From contig NC_068982.1 in NCBI RefSeq assembly GCF_001194135.2, forward strand, positions 100,891,953 through 100,948,101: DNA of 56,149 nucleotides. The letters run 5' to 3'. The position numbers were made by a program, and so were the translations under genes. The notes under the pieces were generated by a model that ran no database searches, was not told the DNA's origin, and worked only from the letters and a program-made list of their open reading frames with translations. The stretch is from Octopus bimaculoides (taxonomy: Eukaryota). This document shows, piece after piece, positions 1 through 10,920 of the stretch; position 1 is the first letter of the stretch, and the number at the start of each line of letters is the position of its first letter.

Positions 1-195
1 GTGCGGGTGACACGTAAAAGCACCCACTACACTCTCTGAGTGGTTGGCGTTAGGAAGGGCATCCAGCTGTAGAAACTCTGCCAAATCAGACTGGAGCCTG
101 GTGTTGCCATCCGGTTTCACCAGTCCTCAGTCAAATCGTCCAACCCATGCTAGCATGGAAAGCGGACGTTAAACGATGATGATGATGATGATGAT
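1..195 (+). mobile_element. Family A: 3' end of an RTE-clade LINE (or LINE-tailed SINE), young copy cut by the window start
   Basis: Ends ccaacccatgctagcatggaaagcggacgttaaac(GAT)n. Nearly identical to 34430-34629. The copy at 42510-42890 links this sequence to an RTE ORF C-terminus. Confidence 0.85.
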
Positions 196-476
196 ATATA
201 TGTATATGTATGTATATGCGTTCATCTACATGTACATATAGATACATAACTGGGTACATGATGTGGCAAAAGAACAAGGATAAAATGGTAAACAAGGTGC
301 AACAAACAAGCAGGCCACATAGAAACATCCCCTTCATCAGCTGCCACCATTAAAACTCCGGCGTTGTGTGCCTGTTTGTTAGGAAATAAGCCAAAAAATA
401 TAGGAAGATAACATAAGAAGGACAAATTTTAACAAATGTTGCATTAGTTTAGTGTTTAAAAAAAGAAGAGAAAGAG

Positions 477-508
477 TTTTGATATTTCAGATCCTAGTCC
501 TTCAGAAA
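477..508 (-). ncRNA. Possible decayed hammerhead-like motif
   Basis: Minus strand reads TTT-CTGAAGGA-CTAGGATCT-GAAATATC-AAAA. Palindromic ATAT stem III and AUC site are present, but the CUGANGA core is imperfect. Confidence 0.2.
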
Positions 509-789
509 GAAAAAGAAAAGAAAAGAATGAGCTAAATGTAAAGAGAGACAAAAGGTGGCAGGAAATAAAGAATGAAAAATGAAGGAAAAGGTTGTGGGAG
601 TCAGATGGGAATGTAGTTCTATAGGCATGGTTAGTTAGGAAAGAAGAAGGAGGCAAGGTAATAAGTGGTATGTACATAAAACCTGACACTGTTCCTCCAT
701 CATATTGTAACTTGTCCCAGTGCTTCACCTAAAGTCATCGCTTTAGTTTTTATTCTCCCTTTAGTTGTGAGGATTCTTTGGCCTTTCAA

Positions 790-1075
790 GCAACAAGGTG
801 ATCTCAGTAGTGCTGGTGCCATGAAAAAAAGCACCAAGTATATTTTATAAAGTGGCTGGTGAATCAAGCAAGGACAACACAGAGTTTAGAAAACCCTCTA
901 GTGTTTTGGAAGGCAAGAGAACCTCACTTGTGCTGGTACCATGAAAAATGTACCTAGTACATTCTGCCAAGTTATTGGTCTTAGAAAGGGCATCCAGAAA
1001 GAGAAACCATGCTAAAACAGAAACATTAGAACAATATGTGGTCCTCCAACCTGTCATATCCTGTTTAGGCATATT
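790..1075 (+). mobile_element. Family A decayed copy with two internal repeat units
   Basis: gtgctggtgccatgaaaaaaagcacc and gtgctggtaccatgaaaaatgtacc units, followed by ttagaaagggcatcc, the family A core. Confidence 0.6.
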
Positions 1076-1616
1076 CACAAAAGGGATATCATTGACTCAT
1101 TTATTAACAAATGATGTAAGTGAAAAAAAAAATAGATGGAAATAATGCTGATGAAAATGGAGAAAGGAATATAATATTTTTTGTATAAAATAATATATCC
1201 TCTTTGCTTATATAAGGCTTGGATAGGTCTACAAATTTAGGTTTCTACAATGACTTTATAACAATAATTATAGACAACCATTTTTTTAAACTGAAAAATG
1301 CTAAATAAGTTTTGGCTTGATTTATTGGTAAATCAAGAACTGGATTTGAACATAAAGTCTTTGTGGGTCAATTAGCCAGCAGCTTTATCACTTTTGCTAA
1401 CAATTGTATCAGGAAATTAACTTTCTCTACAGTATATTAGATATGCATCTATGCGTATGAAAAGTGTATGTGTGTGTGCATAGTTAGATAGAAAGGTAGA
1501 CAGACAGACAGATACACACATACATAAATTGATTGATTGCTAGATAGAAATTTAGATAGATAGATAGATAGATAAAGTGATTGATTGGTAGATAGATATT
1601 TACATATCAGCATCAC

Positions 1617-1649
<33 letters not shown>

Positions 1650-2470
1650 TGTAAATATGAGTTTTAAAGCACACACAAAGAACATTTATTTGTTTATTTT
1701 ACTACCAAGAGGTTGCCAGGTCAAATATAAATATTTGGCAGTGAAGTTAAACTAAATTAAGAGCAAGAACAGAAAATATGAAGAAAATCTCGGTAAAATG
1801 GTTCCATAGTCAGAATAAGGAAATTTATTTTATTTTATTTTAATTTTATTTGTTCTCTCACCCAAACACTCAAGATAACATCAGTTTATTAAGTTTACAC
1901 ACGAACACCGTGGCCAAAGATTAGAAAATTATGATTAAGAAGCATTTCACAGAATGTAATTTGATAAACTTCAAACTTCATAATCTCTATTATCTTGGAC
2001 TTTTCAGTAGTTTTGTTGTCTTACTTCTTAAATTCTTATATTTGCTATATTTTGAGTAAAAAATATCATTTTTATCTAGCTACTTCTTTTTTTTTTTTTT
2101 TTTNNNNNNNNNNTTTTTTTTTTTTTTCTTAACTTCATTATTTTCAGTTTTTGAGTTTATGAAAATTTTTTTTCATTTTCTGAATGTTTTTCTTTCTTTT
2201 TTAAGTCAATAAAATGACAACAAAATGAATTTATTGTTTCGTTGTTGTAAGACAGTGGGTGGTAGGATTGGGAGGGTGGCAACCAAAATGATTTGTGGGT
2301 ATTTATTCCAGCTCTTTATATTCTATGTTCAAATCCCACTGAAGTCAGTTATGCCTTTTGTTCCTCTGGGTTGATAAAATAGAGTACTAATAAAATAGAG
2401 TACTAATAAAATAGACATTATTTACATTATTTACATTTGACGGATGTTTGTCCTCATCTTGTTTGTTGTT

Positions 2471-2516
2471 AACACAACGTTTCGGCTGATATACCCTCCA
2501 GCCTTCGTCAGGTGTC
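2471..2516 (-). ncRNA. Minimal type I hammerhead ribozyme
   Basis: GACAC-CUGACGA-A-GGCUG-GAGGGUAUAU-CAGCC-GAA-ACGU-U/GUGUU. Stem I GACAC/GUGUU, stem II GGCUG/CAGCC, palindromic ACGU stem III, predicted GUU cleavage between 2476 and 2475. Confidence 0.75.
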
Positions 2517-2606
2517 TTGGGGAAATTTCGAACCTGGGTTCTCATTCCTAATGATGTTACTATTATTATTATATTATTATTATTATTACTATTATTAATC
2601 AGGTCG

Positions 2607-2645
2607 CTGATGAAGGCTGGAGGGTATATCAGCTGAAACGTGTTA
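2607..2645 (+). ncRNA. Damaged second hammerhead copy
   Basis: CTGATGA-AGGCTG...CAGCT-GAAAC-GTGTT. It has lost 3 nt at stem III / the cleavage triplet and the GACAC stem I strand is replaced. Confidence 0.5.
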
Positions 2646-2879
2646 ACAACAAACAAGATGAGGACAAATATCCGTCAAATGTAAATAATGTAAATAATGT
2701 TAATAATTCCTCATCTCTTAAATATAGAACTGTATTAATAAAATAGAGTACTAATAGAATAGAGTACTAATAGAATAGAGTACTAATCAAGTACATGTGT
2801 GAGGGTCACTCATATAAACTAACCCCTTTCCCTCAAAATTCCTGACTTTGTGCCTTGTCTTTGTGCTTGTCCTAGTGAC

Positions 2880-3109
2880 TTAAAACGTAAGGTAATGTTA
2901 CCTTCTCGAGGCATGCTGACTCATAAGGGCCAGTTTCTCAGTTTCCATGGGATTTAAATTCCCCACCTAGACAGGACGCTTGGACTGTCACAAGATTACT
3001 CGGTTTTGCCAGCTGAGTGGACTGGAGCAACGTGTTGCCCAGTCCAGGAATCGAAAACACAGTCTTACAGTCATGAGTCCAACACCCTAACCACTAAACC
3101 ACATGCCTC
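2880..3109 (-). mobile_element. Family D tRNA-headed SINE
   Basis: Minus strand starts tggaggcatgtggtttagtggttagggtgttggactc...ttcgattcc (A and B boxes), then gttgctccagtccactcagctg shared with 14530-14608. Confidence 0.75.
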
Positions 3110-3280
3110 CACTGTCGTTGCCACTGCTTGACAACTGGTGTTGGTTTGTTCACATCCTCATAATCATAACTTAGCAGTTATGATTTTAAAAAAAAAAATT
3201 ATTGGGGGTGATTTATTTGCCTAAACCCTTCAAGATGGTGTCCCAGCATAGCCACAGTCCAGTGAATGAACCAAGTGAAA
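3110..3280 (+). mobile_element. Family B SINE, 3' half
   Basis: gcttgacaactggtgttggtttgttcacatcc...cccagcatagccacagtcc matches the 3' half of 5071-5439. Confidence 0.7.
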
Positions 3281-3414
3281 CCTAGATACCATAAAGCATT
3301 TTATCTGCCTTATTACCTACCAATTCTGCCATGCAGCAAACACCATCATTGCTGTTAGAATTCCCCCATACCACTACCATCACCATTGCTACTGCTGCTG
3401 TTGCTATTGTCATC

Positions 3415-3498
3415 AAAATGCAATTGCTGCTGCTGCTGCTGCTGATGGTGATGATGGTGATGACTATGATGATGATGATGGTGATGATGATGATGACT

Positions 3499-3542
<44 letters not shown>

Positions 3543-3560
3543 AACAAGAGTGTGATGATG
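3415..3560. repeat. (CTG)n/(GAT)n microsatellite
   Basis: Direct inspection. Confidence 0.95.
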
Positions 3561-3570
3561 GTGGTGGTGA

Positions 3571-3626
3571 TCTGTCCAACCCATGCCAGCATGGAAAATC
3601 GGGTATGATATACTAATGATGATGAT
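3571..3626 (+). mobile_element. Family A extreme 3' tip
   Basis: tctgtccaacccatgccagcatggaaaatc followed by (GAT)n. Confidence 0.65.
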
Positions 3627-5070
3627 GGTGGTGGTGGTGGAAATTGTGGTGATGTCTATTTTTCTGAGTATGCATGGAGGTAGGGTAGACATCCGAGCTC
3701 AGACCTTATTTCCCATGTATTTCGATCCTCCCATATTTCCTGCATTTGGTAAGTTCTTGACTGTGGGGTTTGTTACAGCCGAGTACTCTTTCTATCACCA
3801 ACTGCTGTGACAGACTTAGTGTGGTTAGTTTATTACAATACTAAACAGTTTATTATGCTTACAAAAAGTCATCTTCCCAGGCTTGGAATCTTCTACCTCC
3901 CTGCTTGTTCTATTAATAACACTGTATTCATTACTGAATTCTTATTAGATGTATGGTATTTACATTATATATTTATTTATTGCTATTGAATATACTGTCT
4001 TAATTAATGAAACTATATATCCTTTCCTTCTGCTTATTAAACATTTTAATGATACTTTATATTCTGTATTTATAATTATGTAAGATTACATATGTATCTA
4101 TCTCTCTCTATCTCTCTCAAAATACACACAGAATATTTATTACTATTAAATCGGCAAGATGATTCGCTGCTACTTCAGTAACATTAAGGCCAATTTTCCA
4201 CAGAATCATGTTACCAAATAGTAACATAATTTAATTAAAAGTCATTAACTTTAAATGTGAAATAGTTAAGTTATATAAACCAGAGATAATTATAAATGAA
4301 TTAATGAGTGATGTCAAATAAGATTAATTTCATTCCCCAAATGATTTAGGAATGACATAGTAAATTCATTCCACCAGGCACAAAGTGTGAAAAAGAAAAT
4401 TTAAATTAAAAGAGATATTAAGACCTTGGGGCACCTTTTGTGAAATCCAATCAATGTTAAGTGCTTGGTATGGGATGACCTAGATTCATGAGTCAGAGAC
4501 ACAACTACGCTACATATACGTCAGTTTGTACTAGTAGAGGAAGCAGGTTTTATTGTAAAGAGCCTGCTAGATAGTTAAGGGTGTTAATGATAGGATAGTG
4601 CATAATTCCACCTCTACAAATCAAGGAGGGAACTTGAATTGAATGCAGCTGTTAAATCTGTTTCAATTAACACAGTTCTGTTTTGAAAATTGGACCATAT
4701 GCTTTTAATCCTACATCCTAGGTCCACATGTCATACAATAGATATGTCATGTAATCATGAACAAATTATTGAAACAAATAATCAAAAGCACCACATACTG
4801 GATGCCAGATTTCAAGAGTCACCAGGAGAAAATGCACACAATTTTATGGCCTTCTTTTTGGAAGTCTTACAGCACCCCCCCCCTGACCTCGCTGATGTGA
4901 GGTCCACCAACTAGATCATCTGACTAGTATTTGATCTTAAGTTTTACATCTCAGAATCCAAGAGTTAAGATTGAATACTAGTTAGTCAATCCAACCAATT
5001 CAATGAGATATCATTGACATCAAGCTGGATTTTTCATATCCAGAGTGTCAATAAAATAATTAGTAGTAAT

Positions 5071-5439
5071 AGGCACAGGAGTGGCTGTGTGGTAAGTAGC
5101 TTGCTCACCAACCACATGGTTCCAGATTCAGTCCCAATGTGTGACACCTTGGGTAAATGTCTTCTACTATAGCCTCAAGCTGACCAAAGCCTTGTAAGTG
5201 GATTTAGTAGATGAAAACTGAAAGAAGCCCATCGTATATGTATGTGTGTTTGTCCTCCTAACATCGCTTGACAACCAATGCTGGTGTGTTTACATCCCCA
5301 TAACTTAGCAGTTCGGCAAAAAGAAACTGATAGAATAAATACTAGGCTTACAAAGAATAAGTCCTGGGGTCGATTTGCTCGACTAAAGGTGGTGCTCCAG
5401 CATGGCAACAGTCAAATGACTGAAACGAGTAAAAGAATA
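5071..5439 (+). mobile_element. Family B full-length tRNA-derived, CORE-like SINE
   Basis: A box tggctgtgtgg; B-box-like gattcagtccc; ccttgggtaaatgtcttc resembles the CORE motif ccttgggcaagt; 3' end gtcaaatgactgaaacgagtaaaagaata. Ten other copies occur in the window. Confidence 0.85.
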
Positions 5440-6056
5440 TGTTTGGGTCAATTTAATTGACTTTGTTCATTCAAAGTTATGATTAACTTCATGTCCATTA
5501 AGTAAATAATATTAACTGCTGGCAATTAACTACACAATAAAGTTGCTATTTTATTTTGTGGGGAAGCAAGGTATGTTTCTATTACTGTTATTTTCTAGTA
5601 TTATGAAAGTAAATTTGACTCAAGATTATTCTGCAAACAGATAACTATAATACTGGGCGTTGAGCCATCAAAATTTTCTTAGTTCAATTCAATGATAAAA
5701 TAGGGGAGGTATACTGCAAAATCCTTTATTACATTTCACGAGAAGTGATAAATACATCTGTTGAAGGTTCTTGCCAACATGTATATGATTGTGTGTGTGT
5801 GTGTGTGTGTGTTGGAGTTTAGCAACAAAATGTTAAATTTGGTTGGTGGCTTAGGGTGCTGAGTTTCAAGCATGAATTCAGAACTGCAACAGGGTGTATA
5901 CAGTGACTACACAGCTGTATTTCCACACCAAATGAAACCATGTATTGGCTTTCAGCTTGATGGACAGTCGATCGATCAATCAATCAATCATTCACTCATT
6001 CATTTTATCATTTTATAACACATATATATGTGCATTCATGCTTGTGTCCATACAAA

Positions 6057-6059
<3 letters not shown>

Positions 6060-6129
<70 letters not shown>

Positions 6130-6199
6130 ATTTATTTATTTATGAGTGTGTGTATGTATGTGTGTGTGTGTGTTTGTGTGTGCATGTGTTTATATGTCT

Positions 6200-6235
<36 letters not shown>
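6060..6235. repeat. (TA)n/(TG)n compound microsatellite
   Basis: Direct inspection. Confidence 0.95.
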
Positions 6236-6237
<2 letters not shown>

Positions 6238-7656
6238 AAGACAACATGGTTATATAGTTCCTCCGGCATGCTGGAAGAACTCAGTTAGGAGTAAATCAAA
6301 TTTGATTCATTCAGCCCTTAAGAGCAAAACCCTCCCAATTTTAAATACTTCATGCCTTGTCAATATTTGGTGTTGGCAAGGAGAAAACCAAATTGATTGC
6401 TCAGCTAGGGAAAGTAAATTCTTACTTAGCTGTGAATAAAATCTCAGGTTTTTCACAGGGCAACTTCTATCTTCCAATAATACTTAATCAATGTACATAA
6501 ATCTTATATGTCAGACAGTTTCATAGAGAAGAGTTATAGTGCAAATAGTAGCAATGTTTTGCTTGAATTAGTGCCAAGTTTATTTGGTTGGTTCCTTGAC
6601 TGAGATCTCTACAGAACTCATTCACAGTTAACAATCAATGATGAATTCTTAGACGATTCACAGATTTATATTTTATTTTATTATATTTTATCTTAGTTAC
6701 TATATTTATTTATTTAATTCTTTTGCTATATATTTAATTTACCTATTGACATTTTTTTAAGGATGGTCTTGTATTTGAACATATAAAAACACATATTTAT
6801 GTATGAATATATATATGTGTGTGTGTATATATATACACATACTCACGTAAACGTACATATATTTTAATATATATGTATATATATTAATGTATATGTGTGT
6901 TTATATGGGGTTTTTTTAACCCCTCTACAAATTTCAGCTTATTGATAAATGAGATGAACTAAAACCAATAAAAAAAATAACAGAAGATTTAAAATAATAG
7001 ATTAACCACTGGACTAGAAAGAAAATTTTAAGAAAATATTTTTCAATTCAAGGTAGTTTTGGGGGAGAATTTTTAATTCTTGTTTTGTCTGGTGGGAGAA
7101 AAAAATGAGAAAATGTGTATTTTGTATTTGTGTGGAGGATAATATCTTGTGGTTTTCGATTAATCATTTTAGGTTTATGTTCGATTATATCTTTCTGTGT
7201 TATTTTTACAATTTACATCTTGTATATGAACAGAGAAACCCATTTTCCCAGGTAGTTTGTGTAAAGAAATAGATTTTAATTTGTTAACATTACCTGAATA
7301 CTTTTCAATATAATTCAAACTAGACTTGACATGGAATTTGGGCAGGTTTTAAAATCTCAATATTTCACTTTTTCTGTTTTTTGTACAACAATAAGACCAT
7401 TAGCATTTATATCAAAGTTATCTAATTTGCACATATGAATATTTCTTAACGTTTTGTGTTTTCATTACAATCTTTGAGAAGTGAAAAACATTGCTTTAAT
7501 TTATAATACATTTTGAGTTCAATCAGAACTGATAGAATCAAACCTCATTGAAAGAAGGATTATAAATAAAAATGTGAATGCATTTTATATACTTAGGATT
7601 GACAAAGTAGTTTTATGAATGATAAGAACTGGGGGTGAGAGTCATATACACATTAA

Positions 7657-7946
7657 CCCATTACCTACCAGTGATCCCATATGAGATCACTTAAAAATTA
7701 CAAATTTCGTAATTATCTGTCAATATTTACACATATCTAACCTTTTTGCTATATCTACTAGGTATATTTCTCTGATATTCAAATGAGGTTTGCTAATTTT
7801 TCACCCAACATCTCGCTTATTTCTATTTAAAATGTTATTTTGAAATGTTATTTTGATCATTTCAGCATGTTTCTAAGGCTGTTTTATGCTAAAAATCAAA
7901 GTTTCATAAAACAATTCCAGTTAATAGAATTATGGGACGTAATGGG
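7657..7946. mobile_element. piggyBac-type MITE
   Basis: TTAA at 7653-7656 and 7947-7950. Termini CCCATTAC...GTAATGGG are perfect inverted repeats. No internal ORF. TTAA target plus CCC ends is the piggyBac signature. Confidence 0.75.
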
Positions 7947-8191
7947 TTAATGGATTTACTAATAGATTAGATGAATCTATTACATATATATATATTTGTA
8001 TCTCCGGCAGTGATCCTAGTTCTTAAAGCTAACCAAAGAGAGCTATCCACTACAAAAGTGGCTTAAATGGAAATTTATCCCAGCACTTTATTCAGAAGAA
8101 GAATGACTTGGAAATGGCTGAAGGACTGAGGTTAATTACTCAAGGAAACTTGTGATCAACCATCATTGTCATCCTCACCACCACCACCTTT

Positions 8192-8398
8192 CTACTATAA
8201 GCACAAGGTCTGATTTTTTGGGGAGGGGGCCAGTCAATTAGATCGACCCAGTATGCAACTGGTACTTAATTTATCAACCCTGAAAGGATGAAAGACAAAG
8301 TCAACCTCGGTGGAATTTGAACTCAGAGCATAAAGACAGACGAAATACAGCTGAGCATTTTGCCTGGCATGCTGATAATTCTGCCAGCTCACCACCTT
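8192..8398 (-). mobile_element. Family C Deu/Nin-domain SINE, full length
   Basis: Minus strand ctttcatcctttcagggttgataaattaagtacc matches the Deu/Nin central domain; the head carries the gagttcaaattcc B box. Confidence 0.85.
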
Positions 8399-8671
8399 CT
8401 ACCTCTACCACCACCACCACCACTACCACCATCATTTTATATCAGTTTTCTATGCCAGTATGGGTTGTATGGATATTGCCATAGTCTGAGCCTATTCCAT
8501 TTTGAGTGATACTGCTTGAGTGTGTCTACTGCTTTGATGTGAAAAATGATAAGAGCCAAACATTTGTTAATTAATGAAAATTACTCCTGTAATGAGAACA
8601 AAATGATTAGCTTGGTGATTAGTCAAGAAATGGAGAACAATGGGGAGACAACTAAACTTCAAATAATAATA

Positions 8672-8920
8672 ATATTGTGGGGAAGGGTTAAGTCGATTAC
8701 ATCGACACCAGTGCTCAACTGGTACTTATTTTATTGTCCTCAAAAGGGTGAAAGGCAAATTCGACCTTGGTGGAATATGAACTCAGAATGTAAAGTTGGA
8801 AGAAATTGTTAATGTGTATGCCAAAATGCTTAGTGGTATTTTATCTGATTCTTTAAGTTCTAAGTTTTTTTCTAACATTTTTTTCTGGCATAGTAACAAT
8901 TCTGCCAACCAGTCTCCTTT
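8672..8920 (-). mobile_element. Family C SINE, rearranged
   Basis: aaggcaaattcgaccttggtggaatatgaactcagaatgtaaag, with a short opposite-orientation head fragment near 8820-8865. Confidence 0.6.
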
Positions 8921-8956
8921 GAACTTCAAATAATATCAAAAATTGAAATAAAATGT

Positions 8957-9320
8957 AGGCATAGTTGTGGGGTTAAGAAATTCATTTTGCAACCATGTAG
9001 TTCTGGGTTCAATTCCACAGTGTGGCGTCTTCAGTAAGTGGCTTCTATTTTAGCCCTGAACCCAGCTCCAGGGAGTAGAAGCCATTATAGCAGTGGTAGA
9101 AGTATGTCTGAGGTTTGCCATTTTGTGTATGTGTGTGTGTGTGTGTGTGTTTGTATTTGCCCGACCACTACCACCACCACTTAACCAGTGTTGGTTTGTT
9201 TACACCCCCATAACTTAGTGGTTCAGCAAAAGATTCCAAAAGAATAAACATCAGACATAAAAAATAAGTACTGATGCCCCAGCATGGCCACAGTTCAATA
9301 ATCAAAACAAATTAAAACAA
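8957..9320 (+). mobile_element. Family B SINE, decayed
   Basis: caaccatgtagttctgggttcaattccacagtgtggc head; ccccagcatggccacagttc tail. Confidence 0.75.
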
Positions 9321-9329
9321 AGAAAAATG

Positions 9330-9530
9330 ATTAAAGGAGTGAACCTTCATGTAGTCTCTCTCTCTGCTAAAAATAGCACCCAAATAGCACTCAAATAGCA
9401 CTTTACTGTCCTGAAAAGGAAAAAATACAATTGTATCTGAATAAAAAGTGAGGTGGTCACATCCGGAATGTCAGTGACTATAGGCCTACTCTAATCCACC
9501 TGGTATATTGATCACAACAGGTATAAGATG
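9330..9530 (+). repeat. Family G module following a family B SINE
   Basis: ctcaaatagcactttactgtcctgaaaagg...ggtggtcacatccggaatgtc, similar to 36420-36590 and 15210-15290. Confidence 0.45.
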
Positions 9531-9785
9531 AATATATTTATGAGAATTCCCTTTGCAAACTGAAAACATGTTATATATTGTAGTCTATAGGTGGTCTTAC
9601 ATATGTCTTTAGTTTGTCTTAGAGCTTTGTTAGAACAGCTATTTGGCTATAGTGATGGTCTATGATTCTAACTTAAAAGAATGCCTGGAATTTCCTGTTT
9701 TCAGAGAACAGGGAAATTCTCCTTTCAAAACCTATTTAGACAAATAAACTTCAAAATTACTTAACCATTTCCCACTCTCCTTTCA

Positions 9786-9880
9786 ACAGATCTGATTACC
9801 ATCAAACCAATGCCAGTATGGAAGAAAAAAAAAACAAAAAAAACAAAAACAAAATGGCGTTAAAATGATGATGATAATGA
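9786..9880 (+). mobile_element. Family A 3' tip
   Basis: accatcaaaccaatgccagtatggaag...ggcgttaaaatgatgatg. Confidence 0.55.
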
Positions 9881-10116
9881 TGATAATGATGTTGGCAATT
9901 TTAGTAATGGTCACAAAAGGGATGATGACAATGATGATGATGATGATGCTTGTAATTACAATAGAAATTACCCAGCAAAAAGCCCACTTGTCTTTTGTCA
10001 TTGTTTGTTATGAAATTTCATACGGGATATAATATTCTATCCTGCATTGTCCGATTGTATTTAAAGAAAGAAAATATTTATTTTATTTAATTAAGTGTTT
10101 GAAAGAAACCAATTCA

Positions 10117-10173
10117 ATAATAATAATAATAGTAATAATAATGATAATAATAATAATAATAATAATAATGATG

Positions 10174-10245
<72 letters not shown>
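10117..10245. repeat. (AAT)n microsatellite
   Basis: Direct inspection. Confidence 0.95.
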
Positions 10246-10920
10246 TACTCATTGTTCCTTTCTGTATTTTGTGGGGTTTTTTTTTTTTTGTAAATAATTA
10301 TGTTTGTTCCCCACCCCTTCTTAGCTGTTTGCTTTCCTTTGTTTTGTGTTGCAGTTTCTAACAATATAATATCCTCAGAAAGAAATCTCAGCAAAATTAT
10401 TTCAACTCCTGGAGTCTATACAAGACTTCTGCTAATTACATATGTGGGGGTGAGTAGTGGGCAGTAGACAGTAGGATAGGGTAAAGGAGGGGAGAATAGG
10501 GCTAGAAACAAAGCAAATAGGAAAATGAATTTTATTAAAAAATTTTTCTGTTGTTTTTTTTTTCCTCAAAAAACTCTCCCCCACAAAACATCCAAACATA
10601 AAAACAAATTAACAAACAAACAAACAAAAAATATACTGAGATGAGAAAATAATTTTATCAAGGGCTGAATATGTTATTGTTTTTATAACTTGTTTGTTGT
10701 TGTTGTTGCTTGTATTTTTGTTGCTATTGTTCTATCTAATTCCATTTTGTCAAATGATTAGGTATAGTGTTAGAAATGTAAAACACACACACACACAAAT
10801 ACACACACATACACACACACATCTTTGGCCTCTGTCTCCTGGATCTCTCTTCGTTAATTCTGCGCATAATTTTCACCCAACTTCTATGATAGTTTAATTT
10901 ATAAGTTACCCCAAGCTGCT

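Larger units (their letters stand above)
2415..2734. mobile_element. Fold-back Penelope-like (PLE)-type non-autonomous insertion with inverted arms
   Basis: 2415-2511 is the reverse complement of 2607-2700, differing by 3 transitions and a 3-nt indel. Each arm contains a hammerhead core. An (ATT)n-rich spacer lies between. An inverted upstream pseudo-LTR carrying hammerheads is an established PLE feature. Confidence 0.7.
2253..2865 (+). mobile_element. Family C Deu/Nin-domain SINE split by a 320-bp insertion
   Basis: Left part atgttcaaatcccactgaagtcagttatgccttttgttcctctgggttgataaaatag; right part resumes caagtac...aaaattcctgactttgtgcctt, matching intact family C copies such as 19439-19657. 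Confidence 0.7.

Noticed and set aside
108-132. Antisense CTGAGGA-CTGGT-GAAAC in family A
   Set aside because: Stem II is too short, there is no cleavage triplet, and it is not conserved in the other family A copies.
315-370. Minus-strand CTGATGAAGGGG
   Set aside because: No GAAA or stem II downstream, so no hammerhead can be folded.
3282-3810. Poly-H/M/I/Q ORFs here, and similar YIYI, VCVC, HTHT, poly-N and poly-T ORFs throughout
   Set aside because: They are translations of di- and trinucleotide microsatellites, which lack stops in several frames.
5071-5150. tRNA-like A and B boxes here and at 3030-3109 and 37125-37195
   Set aside because: They are SINE heads continuous with repeat bodies and have no complete cloverleaf; not tRNA genes.
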